Position numbers and translations under genes: made by a program. A DNA stretch of 62,857 bases from Chiloscyllium plagiosum (Eukaryota). The notes beneath the pieces were generated by a model that saw nothing but the letters and a program-made list of their open reading frames with translations, did not search any database and was not told where the DNA came from. Where the stretch lies: NCBI RefSeq assembly GCF_004010195.1, contig NC_057719.1:22585342-22648198 (forward strand), written 5' to 3'. This document shows, in pieces, positions 11,253 through 23,429 of the stretch. The stretch's first letter is position 1. Each line of letters opens with the position of its first letter.

Positions 11253-12094
11253 GGGTCTAAGCTTGGATGAATGCCCGGCCCCGTGATCTGTGTTTGCTTG
11301 CCCTGAGCATTCCGGATAGACCCTAAATAATCATTCCCCATATTCAGAGGCTCCTTCCCCTTTAAGTTGCTTAATGTTCGTGATCCTGCTCCAGTTCATG
11401 GGAGCATTTCCTAACACCCTCTGGATTTCCTCCTTAAAGTCAGTGAAGGGGGCCTGATGGACATCTATCTCAGCATGTGTATACCGTCCTCCCTTAAAGT
11501 CTCGAGCTGCTGTGGCGTTGGGTCTGCCAGCTACTTGTGTCCACTTGTTCACTGGACAAGCTGCCCGGACCAGCTGGTGTCTGTCCCTCAGGTATAGTTG
11601 GTTCCCTACCCATACTCTATCCAGCTCTCTCCAGAACCTGGGGTTGCGCTCCTGGGCTGTAATTTGCTCAGGGAGGCCAGAATTTGCTGTCTCTCCCCTA
11701 GACTGAAGGGTTTATAATTTGCTTTGCACTGTGAGTCTGTTCCTCCTCAAGTAACAGGTGCTAAGTTATACTCTTGCACAGTTGGTCCAAAGAGGGAGCA
11801 GTTGATCCCTGCTGGACAGTTTCATAAGAGGAGAGAGATTCAATCTCCCTTTCCTCCTGTACCTTTTTCTAATCTTTGTTCTAGCTCCTTTATCCTATCC
11901 TCCAGCTCCTCAATTCATTCTTGGCCTTTTCTCCACCTGCTAGTAGAGGCACCTACTTGTTCAGTTAGGCCTGCTAATTGATACACTGACATTACCCCGA
12001 TCTTTTTAGTTTTATTGCATTTTTGTTTATCTGTCCACACTCTGTTGTGCTAATGTCTGGGATGGATCTCAACCACTTTTCTTCATTTGGTCTG

Positions 12095-13446
12095 TAGGGT
12101 ACTAAGGGATAGCATCTATTTATATTTAGAAAAGAATGGGCTTATCAGTGATAGGCAGCATGGTTTTGTGCAGGGGAGATCGTGTCTTACCAACTTAATA
12201 GAGTTCTTCGAGGAAGTGACTAAATTGATAGATAAAGGAAAGGCTGTTGATGTCATATACATGGACTTTAGTAAGGCGTTTGATAAGGTTCCCCATGGTA
12301 GACTAATGGAGAAAGTGAAGTCACATGGTGTGCAGGGTGTTCTAACTAGGTGGATAAAGAACTGGTTGAGCAACAGGATACAGAGAGTAGTAGTTGAAGG
12401 GTGTTTCTCGAAATGGGGAAAGGTGACCTGTAGTGTTCCACAGGGGTCCGTGTTGGGGTCACTGTTGTTTGTAATATATATAAATGATCTGGAAGAGGGC
12501 ACTGTTGGTATGATCAGCAAGTTTGCAGATGACACGAAGATTGGTGGAGTAGCAAAAAGCATAAGGGACTGTCAGAGAATACAGGAGGATATAGATAGAC
12601 TGGAGAGTTGGGCGGAAAAGTGGCAGATGGTTTTCAATCCAGACAAATGTAAGGTGATGCATTTAGGCAAGACTAATTCTAGAGCGAATTATACAATGAA
12701 TGGAAGAGCCTTGGGAAAAGTTGGTGGGCAGAGAGATCTGGGGGTGCAGGTCCATTGTACCCTGAAGGTTGCTGCACAGGTGGATAGAGTGGTCAAGAAG
12801 GCATATAGTATGCTTGCCTTCATTGGTTGGGGTATTGAGTGTAAGAGCTGGCAAGTCATGTTAACATTGGACAAGGCATTGGTTCGGCTGCATTTAGAAT
12901 ACTGTGTACAGTTCTGGCCGCCACATTACCAAAAGGATGTGGACACTTTGGAGAGGGTGCAGAGAAGGTTTACAAGGATGTTGCCTGGTATGGACGGTGA
13001 TAGCTATGAAGAGAGGTTGAGTAGGTTAGGTTTGTTTTCATTAGCAAAAAGGAGATTAAGGGGGACCTGATTGAGGTTTACAAAGTCATGAAGGTATAGA
13101 CAAGGTGGATAGAGTCAAACTTTTTCCCAGGGTGAGGGATTCAATAATGAGAGATCACGCTTTCAAGGTGAGAGGTGGAAAGTTTAAGGGGGATACATGC
13201 GGCAAGTACTGCACACAGAGGGTGGTGGGCATCTGGAACGCGTTGCCAACAGAGGTGGTAGAGGCAGGCACGGTAGATTCATTTGAGATGCGTCTGGACA
13301 GATGCATGAGTAGGTGGGGAGCAGAGGGATACAGATGCTTAGGAATTGGCCAACAGATTTAGACAGTAGATTTGAATTGGCTCAGGCTTGGAGGGTTGAA
13401 AGGCCTGTTCCTGGGCTGTAAATTTTCTTTGTTCTCTTTGTTCTTT
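12095..13446 (+). mobile_element. Second 5'-truncated CR1 LINE (different subfamily) inserted into 5' gag
   Basis: Open RT frame 12087-13070 with YMDFSKAFDKVPH, VPQGSVLG and KFADDTKIG. Tail is (TTCTTTG)n-like, unlike the 9058-11252 copy. Confidence 0.95.
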
Positions 13447-14482
13447 AGGCCTTGTCTGTCTCCTTGTATTTCTCAATAAGGCAATCTGCAATATCCCCCT
13501 TAAAGCTTTGATCTGCCATTTAGCAGATTATGTACCCCCGGATACCACCAACAGTAAAGTGTTCCTAACCACTGGGGACTTCTCTACTCCCTGGTCAATA
13601 ATACTGTTTCAACACCGTCCGTCCAGCTGTAGCAGCCTCCTAGCAAGGTTTGCTCTCTACTATGGGTATTTTTAACCCTCCTCGCCGCCACTACTAGTTG
13701 GCACCTACCGGTCGGTTGGGAATGCTGGCTCAATAGGGTGTAGTCTCTACCAGGGTTCCTCTACACCTCTACACCCTCCCTCCCCTCACCCCCAGCCAAC
13801 GCCTCCCGATAGGCCCAAATACCTTTGAGCCCGGTGTGGTCTATACCGGTGGGACTCTTTACCCTCCCGACACCACTACTATTCAGGCTCTGTCGATCTA
13901 CTACGGACTGACAGGGTATCACGGTTACTCACAGTGCCCACGCTCCCCCCGCCTTGGTAACGTGCGGTCCACTGAGGTTTGGATCTTGGTCAGAGTGATC
14001 AAGCTCCCCTTCCTCACCACTTGGAAATACAAACAGCACCTAACTTTGAACTTCAACTCTAACTGGACTCTGCGTTGTTCACCCCTACAGAATCCAGTAT
14101 TACCTGACTTTGCCACTTGTGATTCACAACCCTGAGTGACCTTGGAATTCCCACTTCAAATCCCAACTGTTGCCTGGGCGGTGGCTACCCCTCTTAACAA
14201 ATGGTTTAGGGCAGGGTTTTTGAGACAGGAATTACCTTGCCTTCTGGCTGTTTCAGCACAAGCAGCAGGTTCTTACAACAGTTAATACAGTTAACACTTA
14301 TTCTTCACAGACATGCACTTAATTTTTTTTAAACTCAGTACTGTAGCAAATCAGACATTACAATCGGTATACCTTTTAAACTGTGTCCTTGGCTTGGTCT
14401 GACTCTTCCCATTTGCAGGTACAATTTGGTTCTTACCCCGGTCCCCCGATCGTGGCCTTCGACCAGGGCACCAGTAATAAGA

Positions 14483-14500
14483 GCCCTGCTCGCTGTGCCA
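14483..14500 (-). promoter_or_regulatory. Primer-binding site, probably tRNA-Ser(UGA)
   Basis: Minus-strand TGGCACAGCGAGCAGGGC lies 2 nt after the 5' LTR. It matches 16/18 to the complement of the vertebrate tRNA-Ser(UGA) 3' end as I recall it (ACCCTGCTCGCTGCGCCA). Confidence 0.8.
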
Positions 14501-14502
14501 AT

Positions 14503-15156
14503 TGTTGTGGGGAAAATCAGCAGCCTCACAGTCAGAGTTGGGGTTCAACGACAGAGTTTATTGTACAAGGAAATACTGGGTCTCTGGGGAGAGAAAGACA
14601 CCAACAGCACAGTGGTCAGCTGCGATTCTTCTCTCAACCGGCAAAACATGTCAAGATACTTTTATACATTTTGTGATGTAATAGGTCAGTGATGAGGTTA
14701 TTGTCTCTGTAACATAGTTTGTTCGTTGTAAACATTGCAGAATCGTTGATAGTTTTGATGCAGTCATTGTTAGTTCCAGCGCAGCTTTTGTTAATTTCAG
14801 CACTGTCGTTATTAGTTTCAATGCAGACGTTGTCAGTTTCAGTGCCTGCGCGGAAGTCCATATCAAACTGTTAGCATTTCTATCAAAGGTGTTGGCTGGA
14901 CCCAGACACTTCAATGGGCAGTATACACAACTCATGTGTATTCTCTCCCCCACCCGCCGTAAACTAATTAACTAGGTTGTGAGTGCATGGTGCTGGCATT
15001 CTGGTGGCCCCAGGCAGTAACTGTGTTGGCTCTGCTGTATCTCTCTATATCATAGTCCGGTGGACATCTTGTGTCAAGTGGCCAACTTATGGTTCAGCGG
15101 ACATCTCCTGTGTCTGTGTGTCGAGTGTCCCCTGTCATATGCCATCTCCCACTTCA
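14503..15156 (-). repeat. ERV 5' LTR (654 bp)
   Basis: TG...CA termini and TATAAAA at 14660-14666. Lacks about 85 bp present in the 3' LTR. Confidence 0.95.
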
Positions 15157-15479
15157 CGAGCAATGCCCCATCTGTACTGCAACTTTTTGTTTGTCCTTGC
15201 CCTTTCAGCCTACATCACTGTTATAATTAAAACTTACCTTTTGTATCAGGACTTTTAGACTGACTCAAAGGGCTTCCACTCTCTGTTCACTCACTGGCTG
15301 AAATTAAACTTGGGACAACTTCCATAGACCAGGCCTTGTGATACAAGTCATACACTGCCCTGGAGTTGCAGATTGCTTCTGCTCCAGAGTGTCCTTTATT
15401 GTGTCTGAAATGCTTTCTGTCATTGGTCCTTGAAGACTATGACAATTCTCTCTCCATCCAGCTCTACAAGCAGAGAGTG

Positions 15480-15755
15480 TCTAGATTAGTTTCCTTGCAG
15501 TGTGGAAACAGGCCCTTTGTCCAACAAGTCCACACCCATCTTCCAAAGAGTAACCTACCCAGACTGACTAATGCACCTAACACTATGGGCAATTTAGGAT
15601 GGCCAATTCACCTGACCTGCACATCTTTGGACTGTGGGAGGAAACCAATGCAAACAAGGGGAGAACGTGCAAGCTCCACACAGACAGTCACCCGAGGCTG
15701 GAATCGAACCTGAGTCCCTGGCGCTGTGAGGCAGCAGTGCTAACCACTGTGCCAT
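15480..15755 (-). mobile_element. HE1-type V-SINE
   Basis: Minus strand reads GGCACAGTGGTTAGCACTGCTGCCTCACAGCGCC (tRNA-like head), then the V-domain core and a CR1-like tail. Confidence 0.85.
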
Positions 15756-16432
15756 CTAGTTTACTATTGGAACGTTGCTACTCCCTATTAATGCAGCTTT
15801 CCTGTAAAAAGTCCAGCTTCATTTATGGTGCCCAGATCCTGCACTGAAACATCTGTTTTAGCTGCAGGGCAACACAGTCTAATATATATAGTTTGCCAAC
15901 ATTGATATGAGCAACACTGGCTGAACCAAGTGTGACCTGCTGAGATGGTAACCTGACAATGAAAACTTTGAAGTGGAAACAATTTAAAGCTAAGTCTTGA
16001 AGATTTTAAGCAACAGGTCTGTCAGCTTGTTCCACTGTGGGATTGTCACTAAGAATGAAGATCATTGAATTTGAAACAAAAGATCTTTGCAATCTGTGTG
16101 GATGCAACTACCTCATGGTCATAAGGCACTGGCTACCTGTTTCTTCTTTTAAAGAACCATCAGAAAAAGGTCTTTCATCCACAGGATGAAATTACCCTTT
16201 GCAGCAGTGTTAGACAAATGTACTCATACATTTGAAAGCTTATCATATGCAAGTGTGATTTCTTGCACTGCTTGTGTCTTGGTTAAGAATAAACAAACAG
16301 CTTCATCTCCCCTTCCCTCCCATCCTCAAACTCTCAGTAGTTTGGAGCAATTCTCAGCATCAAAAACAATGGAACAGTTCATTAAATAATCAACATCTCG
16401 CAGGGGTTAAACCTTAAAACTAAATGATTTGA

Positions 16433-16640
16433 AGGTGCCGGTGTTGGACTGGGGCAGACAAAGTTAAAAATCAAAAAGCACCAGGTTATAGTCCAACAGG
16501 TTTATTTGGAGGTACTAGCTTTCAGAGTGTTGCTCCTTCATCACGTCACGAGTTAACTGATAAAGGAGCAGCAGTCTGAAAGCTGGGACTTCCAAATAAA
16601 CCTGTTGGACTATAATTTAATGTGTGATTTGTTTTTACCT
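16433..16640. mobile_element. Inverted pair of short Penelope-derived terminal repeats
   Basis: TTATAGTCCAACAGGTTTATTTGGA (about 16486-16510) is the reverse complement of TCCAAATAAACCTGTTGGACTATAA (about 16591-16615). Both arms carry degenerate CTGAT(G)A...GAAAGC. Confidence 0.7.
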
Positions 16641-19600
16641 TAAAACTAAATTAACTGCATTCTATTTCTTTATAAGGTAACCTCATAGAAGAACATACAT
16701 CATTATCTAGATTGATTAAAAAGTGCTGCCCTACCAGAGCATCAGAACTGCTGGTCTTCTGATTGGGCTGTCAGTTTATAGGTGCAGACCACTAACCTTA
16801 ATGCAGTGACCATTTCTGTGACAAATTCTTAATTGGCCATGCCATCCACCCTTTCTGGCTCGGGACATTCATTTGGTCCCAAGTGAAGGCAGAATCTAAA
16901 ATGTGTGATCAAAATGCAAGTAACTAATTCTATTTCTCTATTTACAGGTGTTCCCTAACCTGCTGAGTATTTCCAGCATGTTCTGTTCTATTTTAGGTTT
17001 TGACTATATGTGGTGTTTTATCCAAGGCTGTAAATGAAGTTAGCATGACTTTATTTTTCACTGCTGTACCCCTGGAAATTTACTATGAAATATGTACTCG
17101 CTTTCCTCATGGCTTTACTGACTGGCTGTATCTTTGTTTTGCACCCACAGCTTTGAAGGGGAAGGGGTTCAAGATATGAAAAATATTGGAATGTCATTTA
17201 GCCGAGAGGTGGGAAAGTCGCATGACTTACTAATGATTTTAACATAAGTAGCACAAGGGCAAATCAGCATATGAATTAAATTGTATCAATGTCTGACACA
17301 AGAATTAGTCAATCCATCTTTTCTTCGTGCTCCGTGGAATTCTGAGATAAATTACGTTGACATGAGAAAAGGGTACTTAATACCTTGTAGGTTAAAGGGA
17401 AATGGCAGCATATCTGCTGAATTGCTTGTGCTTGATGCAAGTAAAACTGAAGAAATGCCTTGATATTACAATGTATGGTGTTTGTAAGTGTCAGGCTAGC
17501 ACAGTTAAGTGAATATGCCTTGCTCCTGTTTTGACTTTACTTTAACAGCACTTGCTGCATACAGCCGACAGATGAGATTTAACTCTATGCTTAATTGGGG
17601 TAATTTGGTGAGCAAACTCCAGTGACTGGTAAGCTCATCTTATATCAGCACATCACAAAGGGCACAAAGAGGGTAGGAACAGCACCAACATCTATTCAGG
17701 AAATTAATGACATTGTCCATATTTTGATACGGTAATCATGCAAATGCTTAACACTTGGTTATGAAGCATTTGAGACAGCCTGAAGTTATGCAAAGTACAT
17801 TATGAAAGTCTTTATGCCTCAGCTGAGCATATAATGTCTCCTTTCCTTATGGTATGGATCAGAACCATGATATACCCGAGCGGGGTGCAGGTTCCCATAT
17901 CCAGGAACAGTAGGCGGATAGAAGCCTGAGCACGGCAGTGGACAGAATGTGAAACAATCCATCAGGTTGATCTGAACATAAGGATACCAAGTGTGTTGCT
18001 CATCAGACCTCACTTAACAAGACATCAGGAAGATGATCTTGTACTGCAATTTCTACACTTAAAGGAATAAGTACTGTGAGAAATACAGTACCAAGATTTG
18101 ATTTACTGTCAAAATGTGAACTCTGAACATTTACAAAGGGCTGTGTGAAACATTTCTGCTCATTATTGAGCTGCCATGTCATTTGTACAGCAGAGAAACA
18201 AGAAAACTAGATATTTTCTTCACCTTGCTCTCTGGCCATGACCACTTGGCCTTCATTACTTGAACCATGTGCTTTTCCGCAGTGTGGTTTGGAGGAAGGG
18301 GAGGGAATCATAAGCTAGCCCAACCTGACACTCGTCAGTTTTAGAGAATATGTCCCAGTGGAGTCACCTGAACAAAAGGAACAGATGTTAATTTCACAGC
18401 CACCTTCAGCTAAAGCACTGGCACTATTTATAGTGTATTGTAAATGCTGTCTGACTACACAGTCAAGGCTTGATCTGCCACATGACTGAAAATGAGTGTG
18501 GTTTCATGGAGAAGGTATAATTTCTGCATTTTACTCCAGTATTAGTTCAGAATCTGATATCATTTAATACTGAGATCAATTAACATCATTGCTAAACTTT
18601 CAGCATTCTAAAATGCACTTTTAGATGTTTATGTTGAGCTGTCCATAAATGTATTTTGATTCAAATGAAGATATGTGAAGTAAATTAGTTTGTAAACTTG
18701 ATTCAGCACAAGTAACACACAGAACCATTGAGATATTGATTTTGGCCCATCTCTCATTTCAAACCTCACTAAAACAAAATAGCTCTTTGGCTACAATGGG
18801 GTTAGGTGCAACTATTTTTGCAATGTCATTGTAATGTCTGGGGTGGGCATTAGCTTGTGCTAGTGGTCTGAAGCCAAATGAAAAGAATATTGCAAACTGC
18901 TTACTAATAATAGAAGACTAGTATTTATGTGACAAAATGTGTCATTCCACAAATGAACAACAAAGCCAAAAAATCATTTGGATGAAAATGCAAAGGACAA
19001 AATAACAACAAGAAATGTCAAATTAAATATCCTGATGGGATTGGAGTTGTTAGCTTGAAGGAAAAATAGAGTGAAACAATTTAATGGTTGCCTAACAACA
19101 TATTTTTGAAAATTTAAGACACTTGAATAAATGTTGAAAACATTTGAGTATCTTTTCTAATACTGTAGAGTCATTGGCTTTTTTTTATATCTAAAGAGTT
19201 CATACTTTATTAAAAGCTGAACCGATGACAACAATATAAAGACATTGAGTTCTTAAGGATGGATTAATGTAATTTGTAAAAGGCTTCAACACAGAACCTG
19301 TTTGTGATATTGTATAGAATTACATTGAATTTAAAACATAGAAACTAGATATTCAACATAATCAGTCTTTATGGTTCACATAAGCCTATCAGTCGACTGA
19401 CTTCATTGAATCCTAATAATATGTCCCTTTAATAATTTCTCCCTCGAGTGGTTTCCTCCACATTGCTGCTTCTCACATACAGCACTCCATATGGCAGCAA
19501 ATTTCACCTGCTGAAGGACAATGAGAGACAGGGAATGAGTGATGGAATTCCAAGCTGAATGGAGCAGGAGCTAAAAATGATGGGGGATTGTTTCAACACT

Positions 19601-19709
19601 CGTAAAATGTCCCACCTCCATTCCCCATCCATGCAGGAGACATGCAGCTTCCTATGTCAGAGTATATGGAAAATAATTCTCATCAAAAAGTTGCATTATT
19701 GCCAAGATG

Positions 19710-22215
19710 AGGAAGCCATGGCCAAGTGGTAATATTGCTGGATGATTACTCCAGAATCTTAGTGAATGTTCTGGAGACCCCAACTGGAATCCTACTGTGG
19801 CAGATGGCAGAATTTGAATTCAATTTTTTTTTTAAATTCTGGAATTAAGAATCTACTGATAGCAACAAAACCAATGTTGATTGTTGGAAAAACTCATCTG
19901 ACTCATAATATCTTTCAGGGAAAGAAATCTGCCATCCCCACCTGGTCTGGCCTACATGTGACTCCAGAAAATGTGGTTGACTCTCAATTGCCTTCTGAAA
20001 TGCTCTAATAAGTGACTCAGTTATATCAATCTCTATGAAGCCTCATCCGAGAAAGGAACCAGAACAGATCACCTAGCATCAAACTAGGCACCAGAAAAGA
20101 CAACTTCAGAGAAAGCCCTGTCAATCTTGTAAAGTCCTCCTTACTAACTAGGGGCGAGTGCCAAAACTGGGAAAGCAATCCCACACAGACACAGTCATAC
20201 TCACAGAATCATATCTCACAGACTATGTCCTAGACACCACCATCACCATCAATGGATATGCTCTGACCTACTGATAGGACAGACCCAGCAGAGGTGGTGG
20301 TAGAGTGGTATACAGTTGGGAAGGATTTGTCTTGGGAGTCCTCAACATTGACTCTGGACCCCATGAAATCTTATGGCTTTCGGTTAAACATAGGCAAGGA
20401 AACCTCCTGCTGATTACCCCATACTGTTCTCCTTCGGCTGAGGAATCAGTACTCCTCCATGTTGAATAACACTTGGACAAAGTGCTGAGGGTGGCAATGG
20501 CAAAAGAATGTACTCTGGTAGAGGGTTTCAATGTCCACCATCAAGAGTGGCATGGCAGCAATACAACTGATCGAGCTGGTCAGGTTCTCAAGGACATAGT
20601 TGCTAAACTGGGTCTGCAGTAAGTGGTGAGGAACCCAACAAGAGGGAAAAAACATAGTTGACTACATCCTTACCAATCTGCCAGCTGTAGCTACACCTAC
20701 AGTGACCATTACACAGTCCTTGCTGAGATGAAGTCCCGCCTTCGCATTGAGAATACTCTCCATCGTGTTACGTGGCACTATCACTGTGTTAAATGGGACA
20801 GACTTCAATCAGATCTAGCAATTCAAGACTGGGGCACTGTGAGCTGTTAAAAGCAGAAGAATTATACTCCAGCACAATCTGCAACCTCATGGCCAACATA
20901 TCCTCCACTCAACCATTACCTTCAAGCTAGGGGATCAACCCTGGTTCAATGGAGAGTACAGGTGGTATGCCAGGAGTAGCATCAGGCTTACCTGAAAATG
21001 AATTGTTAACAGGTTGAAGTTACCAAACGGATTACATTCATGCCAAACAGCAAAGCAGCTAACTGACAACTAGCGTATCAGATCTAAGCTCTGCAGTCCT
21101 GCTTCATCCAGTCACAAATGATGGTGGACAATTTAATAACTCACCAGAGAAGGAGGCTCAACAAATATCCCCATTGCCAATGATGGACGAACCCAGCACA
21201 TCAGTGCAAAAAAATAAGGTTAAAACTTTCGCAGTAATCTTCAGTCAGAAGTGCCGAGTAGATGATCCATCTCAGCCTCCTCCAACTGTTCCCAGCATTA
21301 CAGATACCAGTCTTCAGACAATTTGATTCATTTCATGTGATATCCAGCAATGGTTGGAGACACTGGATAGTGCAAAGGCTCTGGACCCCGACAACATTCT
21401 GGCAATAATACTGAAGACGTGCTCCAGAACTTGCTGCTACCTAGCCAAGCGCTTCCAGTACAGTTACAATGCCAGTATCTACTTAACAATGAGAAAAACT
21501 GTCCACATATATCAGTAAACAAAAAGCACGACAAATCCAACACAGCCAATTACTGCCCCATCAGTCTATTCTTGATCATCAGTAAAGTGATGGAAGGTGT
21601 CATCAACAATGCTATCAAGCAGCACTTGCTCAGCAATAGCCTACTCAGTGGCTCCCGGTTTAGGTTCCACCAGGGCCACTCAGCTCCTGACTTCATTACA
21701 ATCTTGGTTCAAGCATGGGAGAAAGTGCTGTATTCCAGAGGTGGGGTGAGAGTGACAGCCCTTCACATCAAGGCCATATTCGATTGAGAGTGGTATCAAG
21801 GAGCCCTAGCAAAACTGGAATTAATGGGCATCAGGGTAAAAAGGTGCTGCTGGTTGGAGTCACACCAGGTACATAGGAAGATTGTTGGATGTCAGTTATC
21901 TCAGCTCCAGGACATCATCGAGGAGTTCATTGAGGTAGTGCCTTTGACCCAACCATCTTCAGCTGTGCCATCAATAACCTTCCCTCCATCTTCAGGTCAG
22001 AAGTGAGAATGTTTGCCAATAATTGCACAATTTTACATGCATGATATAACAGATGCTGAAGCAGTCCATTTTCAAAAGCAACAAATCTGGACAATATCCA
22101 GGCTTGGTCTGAAAAGGAGCAAGTAACATTAACGCTATAAGTGAACATCTCCAATAAGCAATAATTTAAACACCTCATTTGAAATTCACCAAAGCTCTTT
22201 ACACAGCACCTTCCA
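19710..22215 (+). mobile_element. Decayed LINE of a second family (APE + RT, CR1/L2 group), near full length
   Basis: APE-like remnants at about 20150-20750 and RT peptides KKHDKSNTANYCPISLFLIISKVMEG and FRFHQGHSAPD. Its 3' part resumes at about 23740-24020 after a CR1 insertion. Confidence 0.75.
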
Positions 22216-22221
22216 AATAGA

Positions 22222-23425
22222 GACATAGAGTCATAGAGTGGTACAGTGTGGAAACAGACCTTTCGGTCCAACTCGTCCATGCTGACCAGATGTTCCAATC
22301 TAATCTAGTGCCTTTTGACAGCACTTGACCAGTATCCTTCTCAGTCCTTCCTATTCATATACACATCCAGATTCCTTTTAAATAATACAATTGCACTAGC
22401 CTCCACCACTTCCTCTAGCAGTTCATTCCATACACACACTACCCTCTGTGTGAGAAAGATTCCTTTTATATCTTTCCCCTCTCACCCTAAACCTACACCC
22501 TCTAGTTCTGGACTCCCCCAACCCAGGGAAAAGATTTTGTCTATTTATCCTATCCATGCCCCTCATGATTTTATAAACCTCTATAAGGTCACCCCTCAGC
22601 CTTCGACACTCATGGGAAAACAGCTCCAGCCTATTCAGCCTCTCCCTATAGCTCAAATCCTCTAACCCTGACAACATCCTTGTAAATCTTTTCTGAGCCC
22701 TTCAAGTTTCACAACATCTTTCTGATAGGAAGGAGACCAGAATTGCATGCAATATTCGAAAAGTGGCCCAACCAATGTCCTGTACAGCTCCAACATGACC
22801 TCCCAACTTCTTTACTCAATGCCCTGACATCTTCTACACTATTCTATCTACATGTGACTCTACTTTCAAGGAGCTATGAACCTGCACTCCAAGCTCTCTG
22901 TTCAGGAATACTCACTAGGACCTTACCATTAAGTGTATAAGTCCTGCTAAGATTTGCTTTCCCAAAATGTAAAACCTTGCATTTTGGGAAAGCAAATCTT
23001 AGCAGGAAATAAACTCCAACTGCTACTTCTCAGCCCATTGGCCCATCTGGTCAAGATCCCATTGTAAATGAGGTAACCTTCTTCGCTGTCCACTACATCT
23101 CCAATTTTGGTGTCATCTGCAAACTTATTAACTGTACCGCTTATGCTCGAATCCAAATCATTTATGTAAATGACAAAAAGTAGTGGACCCAGCACTGATC
23201 TTTGTGCACTCCACTGGTCATAGGCCTCCACTCTGGAAAACAACCCTCCACCACCACCCTCTGTCTTCTACCTTTGAGCCAGTTCTGTATCCAAATGGTT
23301 AGTTCTCCCTGTATTCCACGAGCTCTAACCTTGCTAATCAGTCCCCCGTGGGGAACCTTGTCGAACGCCTTACTGAAGTCCATATAGATCATGTCCACTT
23401 CTCTGCCTTCATCAATCCTCTTTGT
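22222..23425 (-). mobile_element. CR1/HER1 LINE 3' portion
   Basis: YMDFSKAFDKVPH, KFADDTKIG and RRLRGDLIEVYKI on the minus strand, with tail ATAGAGTCATAGAG. Confidence 0.92.
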
Positions 23426-23429
23426 TTTT

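Larger units (their letters stand above)
8670..13519 (-). pseudogene. gag: ERV gag, split into three pieces by two CR1 insertions
   Basis: Candidate start ctaaATGG at 13519 (MADQSFKGDIADCLIEKY). Coiled coil IEELEDRIKELEQRLEK near 11865-11915, MHR-like KQLKGEGASEYGE near 11334-11372, knuckle CHNCGQQGHFARES and a frameshifted second knuckle CSHC..HVEAECW. Confidence 0.82.
2842..15156 (-). mobile_element. Endogenous retrovirus, near full-length defective provirus (LTR-gag-pro-pol-env-LTR) with two nested CR1 insertions
   Basis: Paired direct LTRs, PBS, PPT and retroviral domain order gag, PR, RT, tether, RH, IN, env on the minus strand. Many stops and frameshifts. Confidence 0.96.

Noticed and set aside
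12087..13070. 327-aa RT ORF as a functional gene
   Set aside because: 5'-truncated CR1 ORF2 with no ATG start or endonuclease.
2842..15156. Classification as a true foamy virus or a gypsy LTR retrotransposon
   Set aside because: CCHC knuckles, MHR, Ser PBS, gamma-type ISD and no room for tas/bet argue against foamy. Tether plus retroviral RNase H and env argue against gypsy.
17819..18013. 64-aa ORF as a host exon
   Set aside because: No recognisable homology and no consistent splice context.
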